From: Spirochaetia bacterium | GTDB taxonomy: Bacteria > Spirochaetota > Spirochaetia > SZUA-6 > Bin103 | Direction: 5' to 3' | Assembly (NCBI GenBank): GCA_965208575.1 | Contig: CBDBOV010000003.1 | Coordinates: forward strand, 128,001 to 192,000 | Length of the DNA: 64,000 bases | Position numbers and translations under genes: made by a program | Notes under the pieces: model-generated | Told to the model about the DNA's origin: nothing | Databases searched by the model: none | Seen by the model: only the letters and a program-made list of their open reading frames with translations | In this document: piece after piece, positions 7,559 to 16,478 of the stretch | How positions within the stretch are numbered: the stretch's first letter is position 1 | How the letters are laid out: each line of letters opens with the position of its first letter

Positions 7559-7797
7559 GACGGTTTGGGACTCGGATGAGTGCGATATTCGCGTGATCAG
7601 GCAACTTGGCCCTGGCAACCGGCTCACGCCAGTGGCACAGCCGGTGCCCAATTCGATCCGATCGATTGCGATCGATTCGTGCCATTGACATGTTGGCCGT
7701 AGGCATGCGATGGTGCCGATATGGGATTTCGTGCGGAGGCACATGATGCGTAAAAGAAACCTTCCAAGCGCTTGTACGGTTGGCGGTAACGCAAGCA

Positions 7798-7845
7798 TCG
7801 TCCTCTCGTCCTCTCGTCCTCTCGTCCTCTCGTCCTCTCGTCCTC
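7798..7845. repeat. Simple sequence repeat (TCGTCCTC)x6
   Basis: Six perfect 8-bp units. Confidence 0.95.
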
Positions 7846-8251
7846 CAGGCGCCGGGCGTAACCTCCAAACTCTCGCACAACCGCACAGACCGTAACACCC
7901 GTCCCCGCCCAGGGGACTCTGTTCGCACCACCCACCGCCGGCGCTGCCGGCCGATCAGCTCCGTTGCTCCCCGACCGCCCGCGTGGCGTCCTGACACCTG
8001 TCCCGATACACGCCCGGCGGTCGGCGTTGGCAAACGTCGAAGGAGGTGCGCCGGGAGGTTTTGACGAATTCCGACCAACAACAGTGCGAAGCGTGCCCGA
8101 ACGGAGCGTTCGGCTCGGCACGCCAGCACCTGCCGCCCTCGCTTTCCGGTTGCCTGCGACTGCGCAGGCATGCCACGGGAGTGGGCGAAGGGCCGGCAGT
8201 GAGACGAGCGCTCCCGGAAACGACTCGCAACGACGAGAGGAGAGTCGACTC

Positions 8252-10042
8252 ATGAGATACGTTCTGTTCAAAAAGTGCCTTGCGGTATTGTCCGTGCTGG
8301 TCCTGCCCGCAACCGGCCTCTGGGCGGCAGCGGCGGAGGAGGCGCCGGCAGCGGGCGCCGACAAGAAGTACGTGACCGACCCCACCACCGGCAAGGTGAT
8401 AGTGGCGCCGCAGTACGGTGGTAGTATCGCTGAAGCCGTGACCCGTGACGAGCCGCACACAGACACCTGGTGGGGGGCAGGGTATGGGAGACATGCGGTG
8501 AACCTCCTTCTGGACAAGATGGGCATAGGGGACTGGGCATTAGACAGGGATATATATGATTTTAAACTGGATTATACTCCTCTATCTGCCGTCAGAGGAC
8601 AGCTTGCCGAGAGCTGGGAGGTTTCCCCGGATGAGCTGACCTATACCTTCCACATTCGCCCGGGCGTTTACTGGCACGACAAGCCGCCGATGAACGGGCG
8701 TGAGCTGGTTGCCGAGGATATCGTGTTCAACTTTCACCGGATGACGGGCACAGGCAGCGGTTTCACCGAGAAGAGCCCGTATGCCTCAAGTGTCGCCAAC
8801 TTGCCGATTGAATCGATAGAGGCGACCGACAAGTATACGGTTGTCTTCAAGCTGGCCAATCTGAACTTCAGCGCTTTTGAGATGATCTACCACGAAAGCC
8901 ATGAGGGCTCCTGGATATATCCGCCAGAGGTAATCAAGCAGTATGGCCACATGCAGGACTGGAAGACGGCGGTCGGCACCGGGCCGTACATGCTGACGGA
9001 CTGGGTGAAGGGCAGCTCTCTGACCTACACCAAGAATCCCAACTACTGGGGCTACGACGAGAAGTTCCCGGAGAACCGCCTACCCTACCTCGACGAGGTC
9101 AAGATGCTCGTAATACCGGAATGGTCCACAAGGTTGACGGCGTTGCGCACGGGCAAGATCGTTCGGCTGTGGAACGTTACCTTAGACCAGGCGCAGGCCA
9201 TCCAGAAGACCAACCCCGAACTCTTATGGACAACCCGTGGACAGTCGCCGTACAACTTCGCCATGGATGTGCGCAAGCCGCCCTTCGACGACATCCGGGT
9301 GCGCCACGCAATGCAGCTGGCGCTGGACCTCGAGACAATCAACAACACCTTTTTTGGGGGGCTGGGCGATACGACACCTATGGGGTTTGCTGGGCCGGCT
9401 ACCATCGGGTTCCACACCCCATTTGAGGAGTGGCCCGAAGATGTCAAGGCAAACTATGAATATGACCCGGAAAGGGCGAAGCAGCTTCTGGCGGAAGCCG
9501 GCTATCCCAATGGCTTCAAGACCAAACTGATGATCGACCCGGCCTACGGAGGGAGTAACCTAGACCATACACAATTAGCTGCCACCTACTGGGCTGACAT
9601 TGGCGTTGATGTCGAGCTTGACCTCGTGGAGGGGGCCGTCTGGGTGGCACGCGTAAACGCCCATTCTTACGAAGGTATGACCCGTGGGTTCAGTGGCATC
9701 AACTACAACCCCCTTGTCATCAGCAGGGTCGCGGCTCATTCTGACTCGATATGGAATGGCTCCGGGGCCCAGGACCCTGTCTATGATGCCATAGTTGAAG
9801 CCGCCGAAAACGTCGGCAGCCGCGAGGAGATGATGGAGCTGGTGAAGAAGGCGGACATGTACTTCATCGAGCAACACTGGAATATATGGGGGAGCCCAAT
9901 ACGGCCAGATTTCACCTTCTGGCAGCCGTGGTTGGTGGGTTACAACGGTGAAATCACCCTGGGAGGCGCAAGGTACAATCTCTACCTCTCCCGAGTCTGG
10001 CTCGACTCAGACCTCAGGGAGGAGATGACCGGGACGAGATAA
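8252..10042 (+). CDS. ABC transporter substrate-binding protein, family 5 (DppA/OppA-like)
   Basis: GAGGAG RBS, signal peptide, LAESWEVSPD..TYTFHIRPGV, VGTGPY, YDPERAKQLLAEAGY. Confidence 0.93.
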   Translation: MRYVLFKKCLAVLSVLVLPATGLWAAAAEEAPAAGADKKYVTDPTTGKVIVAPQYGGSIAEAVTRDEPHTDTWWGAGYGRHAVNLLLDKMGIGDWALDRDIYDFKLDYTPLSAVRGQLAESWEVSPDELTYTFHIRPGVYWHDKPPMNGRELVAEDIVFNFHRMTGTGSGFTEKSPYASSVANLPIESIEATDKYTVVFKLANLNFSAFEMIYHESHEGSWIYPPEVIKQYGHMQDWKTAVGTGPYMLTDWVKGSSLTYTKNPNYWGYDEKFPENRLPYLDEVKMLVIPEWSTRLTALRTGKIVRLWNVTLDQAQAIQKTNPELLWTTRGQSPYNFAMDVRKPPFDDIRVRHAMQLALDLETINNTFFGGLGDTTPMGFAGPATIGFHTPFEEWPEDVKANYEYDPERAKQLLAEAGYPNGFKTKLMIDPAYGGSNLDHTQLAATYWADIGVDVELDLVEGAVWVARVNAHSYEGMTRGFSGINYNPLVISRVAAHSDSIWNGSGAQDPVYDAIVEAAENVGSREEMMELVKKADMYFIEQHWNIWGSPIRPDFTFWQPWLVGYNGEITLGGARYNLYLSRVWLDSDLREEMTGTR

Positions 10043-10058
10043 GCACTTAAGCACTCCA

Positions 10059-10096
10059 GGTGGTGGGGGGGGCCACCAAGGCCCCCACCTGCCACC
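10059..10096 (+). terminator. GC-rich hairpin between SBP and permease (no U-tract; stability/attenuation hairpin)
   Basis: GGTGGTGGGGGGGGCC accaa GGCCCCCACCTGCCACC. Confidence 0.5.
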
Positions 10097-10119
10097 CTAC
10101 GCCCGCTGAGGAGGCCGAC

Positions 10120-11076
10120 CTGCGCACTTACATAGTCAGAAGACTGCTACTGCTGATCCCGACCCTCTTCATTGTGGCCAGCATGGTCTTCCTGCTCATG
10201 CGCCTGATTCCCGGTGACATCATCGACACAATGGCCAATGAAATGGGGCCTGAGGCCGGTGGTTCCCTGGACCGTGCGGCCATTGAGCGCCGCCTCGGTC
10301 TGGATGTGCCAATACACGTACAGTATGTTCGTTGGATGGGCCAAATACTTCAGGGAAACCTGGGCACGTCGCTCAGAGGAGACGAGCCTGTTGTCGAGCA
10401 GATACTTCCCCGGCTTCCGGTGACGCTTGAGCTTGGTGTCATGGCAATCGCAATCGGGCTCCTGATAGCCGTTCCAGTCGGCATCTACTCGGCGATTCGC
10501 CAGGATACGGCCGCCGACTACCTGGGGCGCACCGTCGCCATCATCGGCTTGGCAACGCCTAACTTCTGGCTGGGAATTATGGTCATGATATACCCGGCCA
10601 TCTGGTGGGGCTGGTCGCCGCCGATGGAATTGATCACCTTCGCAGACGACCCGCTGGGGAATCTCGGCATGTTCCTCATCCCCAGCCTGATTCTGGGGAC
10701 GGCCGGTGCTGCCAGCACAATGCGCATGACGCGCACCATGGCGTTGGAGGTGCTGCGGCAAGACTATATCAGAACCGCCTGGTCGAAGGGGCTGAGGGAG
10801 CGGGTGGTCGTGATGCGGCATGCCTTGAAGAATGCCCTCATCCCGGTGGTCACCCTCGTCGGCTTTCAGCTCCCCATCCTCATCGGGGGGTCGGTCATCA
10901 TCGAGCAGATCTTTGTCCTGCCCGGTATAGGGCGTCTCCTGGTGGCCGCGCTCAGCCAGCGGGAGTATCACCTGGTCTCTGCCATCAACCTGATGCTGGC
11001 AACTGCCGTGATGGTGATCAATCTCGGCATCGACCTCACCTACGCTTTTCTGGATCCCAGGGTGCGCTATGAGTGA
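10120..11076 (+). CDS. Peptide ABC permease (DppB-like), probable CTG start
   Basis: RTYIVRRLL..., DYIRTAWSKGL, HALKNALIP; GAGGAGG 5 nt before CTG. Confidence 0.9.
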   Translation: MRTYIVRRLLLLIPTLFIVASMVFLLMRLIPGDIIDTMANEMGPEAGGSLDRAAIERRLGLDVPIHVQYVRWMGQILQGNLGTSLRGDEPVVEQILPRLPVTLELGVMAIAIGLLIAVPVGIYSAIRQDTAADYLGRTVAIIGLATPNFWLGIMVMIYPAIWWGWSPPMELITFADDPLGNLGMFLIPSLILGTAGAASTMRMTRTMALEVLRQDYIRTAWSKGLRERVVVMRHALKNALIPVVTLVGFQLPILIGGSVIIEQIFVLPGIGRLLVAALSQREYHLVSAINLMLATAVMVINLGIDLTYAFLDPRVRYE

Positions 11077-11947
11077 CTTCCTGTCGAGGCTGGTCCGGGA
11101 GAAGCCGCTGGGCGCGTTCGGCGGGATCGTCGTGCTGCTGCTGCTGTTCACCGGTATCTTCGCCGACGTCCTGGCGCCCTTTCCGATGAGTGAGCCCCAC
11201 ATGACGGACCGGCTGACCGGGCCGTCAGGGAAATACCTGCTGGGTACCGATCAACTGGGGCGAGACGTGCTCAGCCGAATCATCTACGGGGCGCGGGTGT
11301 CGCTGGTCGTCGGCCTCGCAGCAACCAGTGTCAACATGGTGGTAGCGCTGCTGATCGGCACGACGACCGGGTTCTTCGGCGGCAAGTTGGATATGGTGGT
11401 GCAGCGGTTCGTCGACGCCTGGATGGCCTTCCCGGGGCTGCTCATTCTCATCACGGTGATGTCGCTGGTCGGCCAGGGTCTGCTGCAGACCATACTGGTG
11501 CTGGGCATTAGCGGCGGCATTGGCGGCTCGCGCATCGCGCGCAGCGCCGTCATCGGCATCAGGGAGAACATGTATCTGCAGGCGGCCGAGGCGTTTGGCG
11601 CGAGCGCGACCAGGACCATCTTCCGCCATGTACTGCCCAACATCATGGCGCCCATGATCATCACCTTCACCGTGACCATTGGCGGCGTCATCATGGCCGA
11701 GGCTTCGCTGAGCTTCCTCGGTTTCGGTCTTCCCCCGGATGTCGCCACCTGGGGTGGCATGCTCAGCAACGACGGGCGCCGGTTCATGGAGTTGGCGCCA
11801 TGGCTGGCCATCTGGCCGGGCCTTGCCCTGACCATCGTGGTGTACAGTCTGAATATGCTCGGCGATGCGCTCAGAGACCTGCTCGACCCCCGGCTGAAGG
11901 GCGGTGCAGGTCGTCTGGGTGCCGACAATCGCGCCAAGTCAGTCTAG
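11069..11947 (+). CDS. Peptide ABC permease (DppC-like)
   Basis: LLGTDQLGRDVLSRIIYGARVSL, HVLPN, GDALRDLLDPR. Confidence 0.92.
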   Translation: MSDFLSRLVREKPLGAFGGIVVLLLLFTGIFADVLAPFPMSEPHMTDRLTGPSGKYLLGTDQLGRDVLSRIIYGARVSLVVGLAATSVNMVVALLIGTTTGFFGGKLDMVVQRFVDAWMAFPGLLILITVMSLVGQGLLQTILVLGISGGIGGSRIARSAVIGIRENMYLQAAEAFGASATRTIFRHVLPNIMAPMIITFTVTIGGVIMAEASLSFLGFGLPPDVATWGGMLSNDGRRFMELAPWLAIWPGLALTIVVYSLNMLGDALRDLLDPRLKGGAGRLGADNRAKSV

Positions 11948-12170
11948 CAGCTCCCACGGCTTCCGCAGAGCATGATTCCATTATGCCTGGAGGAAGCCGA
12001 AGCGACGGATGACGTGCGCATCGAGCGGGGCGAGCAGCGGCCACCGGACGAGCGCGAGCCGCTCGAACCGTAGCGCCAGGAGCGGCTTCGCGCGGCCTTG
12101 CTGTTCGCCCGACCTGCCCGGCCTGTCCTGACCTTGCCGGGTACCCGGCAAGGTACGTAGACTCGCCAGC

Positions 12171-13232
12171 ATGCGAGTGTACATCGGCACCTATACCCGC
12201 GACGACACGGGCAGCGAGGGCATCTACCGCGGCGAGCTGGACGTCGGCACCGGGGAATTGACCGTGCAGGGGGTGGCGGCGCGGGTCGACAACCCGTCGT
12301 TCCTGGCGTTGAGCGCGGCGGAGGACTTCCTGTACGCGGTCAACGAGGTGAGCGACCTCGGCAGCGGCAAGCACGGCGCCGCCAGCGCGTTCCGGGTGGC
12401 GGCAGACGGCGCGCTGACCGCGGCCGGGCAGCAACTGGCCGGGGCGTCCGGGCCTTGCCATGTGTGCGCCCACCCGAGCGGCGAACTGGTGTTCGCGGCC
12501 AACTACGGCGGCGGCGCCCTGTCGATGTTCCGCTGCGCCGGCGGCGACTTGGTGGAGCGGCTGGTGACCATCGACCACGAGGGCAGCAGCGTGAACCCGG
12601 AGCGGCAGCAGGAGCCGCATCCCCACTCCGTGAACCTGTCGCCGGACGGCGCCTGGCTGTACGTGCCCGACCTGGGCATCGACCGCATCGTGATCTACCG
12701 CGTCGACGTGGCGGCCGGCACGCTTACCCGCGCCGGCGAAACGGCCACCGCTCCCGGCGCCGGGCCGCGCCACTTCACCTTCCACCCGCGCGGGCGGGTC
12801 GCCTACGGCATCAACGAGCTCGATTCAACGGTCGCGGCCTATGCGTACGGTTCCACCGACGGCAGCCTGACCGAGATGCAGACCGTACCGACCCTTCCCG
12901 GCGGCTGGTCCGGCGTCAGCACCTGCGCCGACATCCACGTGCATCCCAACGGGCGCTTCGTGTACGGCTCCAACCGCGGCCACGACAGCATCGCCATCTT
13001 CGCGATTGGCGGCGACGGGCGGCTGGAACCGGTGGGCCACGAACCGACTCAGGGGCAGACGCCGCGCAACTTCGCGCTCGATCCTTCCGGCGCGCTGCTG
13101 CTGGCCGCCAACCAGGACAGCGGCACCATTGTCACCTTCCACGTCGACGCCGCGACCGGCCTGCTGCAGCCGACCGGCCACGTGGCCGCCGTCCCCTCGC
13201 CGGTGTGCGTGGTACCGGTGCCCGGTACCTGA
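12171..13232 (+). CDS. pgl: 6-phosphogluconolactonase / lactonase (7-bladed propeller)
   Basis: YIGTYT, NPSFL, ANYGGG, PHPH, DLGID, GAGPRH, SNRGHDSI, TPRNF. Confidence 0.9.
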   Translation: MRVYIGTYTRDDTGSEGIYRGELDVGTGELTVQGVAARVDNPSFLALSAAEDFLYAVNEVSDLGSGKHGAASAFRVAADGALTAAGQQLAGASGPCHVCAHPSGELVFAANYGGGALSMFRCAGGDLVERLVTIDHEGSSVNPERQQEPHPHSVNLSPDGAWLYVPDLGIDRIVIYRVDVAAGTLTRAGETATAPGAGPRHFTFHPRGRVAYGINELDSTVAAYAYGSTDGSLTEMQTVPTLPGGWSGVSTCADIHVHPNGRFVYGSNRGHDSIAIFAIGGDGRLEPVGHEPTQGQTPRNFALDPSGALLLAANQDSGTIVTFHVDAATGLLQPTGHVAAVPSPVCVVPVPGT

Positions 13233-13462
13233 TGGAGCCGGACACCGCGGCACGGGCCTGGCAGCCCGTGGCGAGACTCCGACTGCACTGTGCGTGTTGC
13301 GCGGAATCAGGTCGCCCAAGTGGGCCGCGATGCGTGGCCGGTCGAGGGTGTCGATCCCGCGGAACGGCACGGCCTTGTCTCCCGCGGAACGCTTGGGCTC
13401 CGCACCGCACCGGCGTGCCCAAGTCCCCGCCCGGGTGGGGAAGCGCCCGAGGTCGCCGCCGA

Positions 13463-14659
13463 CTACCGGCAGTCCGCAACGACGACTCTATCACGTACAA
13501 GGACGCCCCGCCGGGGCGAGGGTACGTAGCCGGGACGCGGCTCGACCCTGAGAGTTATCCAGGTTGCGTCGGACGGGACGTCGTTTTCTATGGTGGCCAT
13601 CTTATACGTGCCCGTCCCGGAACTGGAGATCGAGACCGTGCCGGCATACGGGATCGGTGACGGGATTTGCAGGTGCAAACCGAGAAATGAAGTGTAGGAC
13701 AGACTGAAATGGACGGTCAGCGAGGACGCGGGTGCCGGGCTCGCGGTCAGCGTCCACACCGCGTCGGCGCCCTCGCACACCAACTCGGAGTCAGCCCTTG
13801 CGGTTACCACCGGCACCCTTGGCCTTGGAGTCGACGGCGCTGGGGGGTCGTTGTCGGTGACCTCGACGGTGGCCGTGTCTGCCCGGCCGACGGTGTAGCC
13901 GCTGCCGGCGACTACGGTGGCCGTCACCGAGCCGTCCGGCTCGTCGGTACCGTCGTCGACGGTGTCCGCCGTGAGCGCTGCGGTCCCGGAGGCGGGGATG
14001 GTGAGCGTCTGCGGAGGGCTCGGGGTCAGGAACGAGCCGGACTCCGCCCAGTTCACGTCGACGGTCACGGGGGAGGCCGGCGGCGGCGCCGCGGTCAGCG
14101 TGAACGTTACCGGGTCGCCTTCGGTCACCGGGCTGTCGCCCGCCGCGATGGTGACCACCGGCGGCACCGGCATGAGGGTCGCGCTCGCCGACGCGTTGGC
14201 GGCCCCTGCGCGGTAGCCGTCGCCGGCCGCGATGGCGGCGGTGACGACGCAGCCCCCGGCGCCCACCGCTGCGCCGCCCGTTTCTACCTTCAGGGAGGCG
14301 CGTGACTCACCCGCGGCGATGGTCACGGTGTCCGGCGCCCGGGTGAGGTTGCAGGGATCGGCCGCGATGGACACGCCGACGGTGAGGTCGGCGCGCGGGG
14401 CGGGAGCGGCGTGCACCAGGAACTGCAGCGGCTCTTCGGCAATCACGGAGTCCACCGCCGCGGTGATGGTCACTACCGGTTCTTGCGGATTCTCAGGGGT
14501 CGGCGCCTCCGTGCCGGCGGCTCCGGGAGCCCGAGTACATCCCGCGAGCGCGAGGAGAAGGAGCAGGCCCAACGCGGCCTCGACCGCATGCGGGCTGCGT
14601 GCTGACGGGCGACCTCCGCCCGCCGGCGAAGAACCTGCGATCATGTACAACTCCTTCAT
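13463..14659 (-). CDS. Lipoprotein with Calx-beta-like repeats
   Basis: Lipobox LALAGC; VTEGDPVTFTLT, TVDDGTDEPDG, VEVTDND. Confidence 0.72.
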   Translation of the reverse strand: MKELYMIAGSSPAGGGRPSARSPHAVEAALGLLLLLALAGCTRAPGAAGTEAPTPENPQEPVVTITAAVDSVIAEEPLQFLVHAAPAPRADLTVGVSIAADPCNLTRAPDTVTIAAGESRASLKVETGGAAVGAGGCVVTAAIAAGDGYRAGAANASASATLMPVPPVVTIAAGDSPVTEGDPVTFTLTAAPPPASPVTVDVNWAESGSFLTPSPPQTLTIPASGTAALTADTVDDGTDEPDGSVTATVVAGSGYTVGRADTATVEVTDNDPPAPSTPRPRVPVVTARADSELVCEGADAVWTLTASPAPASSLTVHFSLSYTSFLGLHLQIPSPIPYAGTVSISSSGTGTYKMATIENDVPSDATWITLRVEPRPGYVPSPRRGVLVRDRVVVADCR

Positions 14660-14734
14660 GGCTCGACATTGTACAGGCATGACAGCCGGTTGAGTATAAC
14701 TACTACATAATCCGACAGAATCCTGCTTCCTGAT

Positions 14735-14762
14735 GGGTTGGGGTTGGGCCCAACCCCAACCC
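14735..14762. repeat. Perfect 28-bp palindrome
   Basis: GGGTTGGGGTTGGG|CCCAACCCCAACCC. Confidence 0.9.
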
Positions 14763-14910
14763 CGTGCTCGTTCGTTGCGCCTTGCCCGGCCGGGCGCCTC
14801 ACCGCTCTCGCCGCGGCGCCGGCTTCAGCCGCGGGCTTCCAGGGCCGCCGGGACTTGCGTGTTCGGCGTGAACGCCTACGATAGGGGAGGCCGAAGCGGG
14901 AGGAGCAGCG

Positions 14911-16323
14911 ATGAAACCTGGATCGGGAGAGACTCTGTACGAGCCGGCGCGCGAGGTGCCGGTGTACGGCAGTTGCGACGTACTGGTGCTCGGTGGCGGG
15001 CCGGGCGGCACGGCGGCGGCGATCGGCGCTGCGGCGGCGGGGGCCGACACGGTGCTGGTGGAGCGCTACGGCCACCTGGGCGGGCTCGCCTCCGGCGGGC
15101 ACGTGTGCTTTATCGACCGCATGACCGACTGGGACGGGCGCGTCGTGGTGGCCGGCGTCGGGGAAGAATTCATGGACCGCTGCGGGGTGGAGGCGGGCGG
15201 CATCATCGGCCCGGAGCGCCAGTACTGGGGTAGCCGCGACGCGGAGCTGGTCGAGTACTGGGGGCCGCGCGCCAACGCCCACCGCGGCGTGGTGTGCTGG
15301 TCGCCCACCATCGATCCCGAGATGCTGAAGCTGGCTTCCAACGACTTGGTGCGCGAGCGCGGCGTGCACACCTTGTTCCACTGCTGGGCGGTGGCGCCGG
15401 TGATGCGGGAGGATGCCGCCGTCCCCACCGTCGGCGGCGCGCTGTTCGAGAGCAAGCAGGGCCGCTTCGCGATCCGCGCCGCGGTCACCATCGACTGCAC
15501 CGGCGACGGCGACATCTTCGCCGCGGCCGGCGCCGCCTTCGAGACCAACCGCGACGACACCACCATCCACTCCTGCGTCAACACTTCCGGGCGCTTCGGC
15601 GGCGTCGACACGGAGGTGTTCTGGCACTTCCGCACCTACGATATCGAGGGCTACAAGGCCAAGCTGCAAGCGGCGCGCGCGGCCGGCTCCGTGATCCGCG
15701 CCTCGATCCTGCCTCGCGAGGGGCAGGTGCTGACCATGCACCCCAAGTACCACGGCTACTCGGCGATCGAGGTGGCCGACCTGAGCGAGGTGGAGTTCCG
15801 CTCGCGCGACGACCTGCGCCGCGGCCTGGCGTGGTGGCGCCGCCACATGCTGGGCTGGCAGCACGCCTACCTGCTGGAGAGCGCCGACCAGATCGGCGTG
15901 CGCCACAGCCGCCGCCTGGTGGGCGAGGTGCAGATCACCCTCGACCAGTGGAAGCGCAACGGCCGCCACGCCGACTCCATCGGCCTGTGCCCCGGCGTCT
16001 CGCAAGCGTATCCGACCCTGGAGATCCCTTACGGCAGCCTGGTGCCGCGCGAGCTGGATGGCCTGCTGGTCGCCGGCCGCAACCTGAGCTGCGACGTGCG
16101 CTCCCACAACCCGCTGCGCGAGGTGCCGGAGTGCTGGGTGATGGGCCAGGGCGCCGGCGTCGGCGCCGCGTTGGCGGTTAGCCGCGGCGTTGCCGCGCGC
16201 GCCGCACCGGTCGTGGAGATGCAAGCAGAGCTGCGCCGCCAGGGCGCCGTCGTCACGCCGCCTGAATCGGCCGAACCGGCCGCGGCACGTGCCGAACCCG
16301 CCGCAGCCGGGCAGCCGGGATAA
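14911..16323 (+). CDS. FAD-dependent oxidoreductase (FAD_oxidored family)
   Basis: DVLVLGGGPGG, IDCTGDGD, IPYGSLVP..LLVAGR. Confidence 0.9.
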   Translation: MKPGSGETLYEPAREVPVYGSCDVLVLGGGPGGTAAAIGAAAAGADTVLVERYGHLGGLASGGHVCFIDRMTDWDGRVVVAGVGEEFMDRCGVEAGGIIGPERQYWGSRDAELVEYWGPRANAHRGVVCWSPTIDPEMLKLASNDLVRERGVHTLFHCWAVAPVMREDAAVPTVGGALFESKQGRFAIRAAVTIDCTGDGDIFAAAGAAFETNRDDTTIHSCVNTSGRFGGVDTEVFWHFRTYDIEGYKAKLQAARAAGSVIRASILPREGQVLTMHPKYHGYSAIEVADLSEVEFRSRDDLRRGLAWWRRHMLGWQHAYLLESADQIGVRHSRRLVGEVQITLDQWKRNGRHADSIGLCPGVSQAYPTLEIPYGSLVPRELDGLLVAGRNLSCDVRSHNPLREVPECWVMGQGAGVGAALAVSRGVAARAAPVVEMQAELRRQGAVVTPPESAEPAAARAEPAAAGQPG

Positions 16324-16383
16324 TCGGTGTGATGCGAGCCTCGGCCGGCACCTCAGTAATCGGCGACCAAGAGGAGCAACTGA

Positions 16384-16465
16384 GTGATTGACTGGTCAAC
16401 CTGCCCGGCGGTGGAGCAAGTCCCCGGCAAGGTCAGCGGCGCCTGGGTGTTCACGAATACCCGGG
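16384..16465 (+). pseudogene. N-terminal shard of a DUF433 protein
   Basis: GAGGAG RBS, MIDWSTCPAVEQVPGKVSGAWVFTNTR, then runs into the sulfatase 3' end. Confidence 0.7.
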
Positions 16466-16478
16466 CGCGGCCGGCGGG

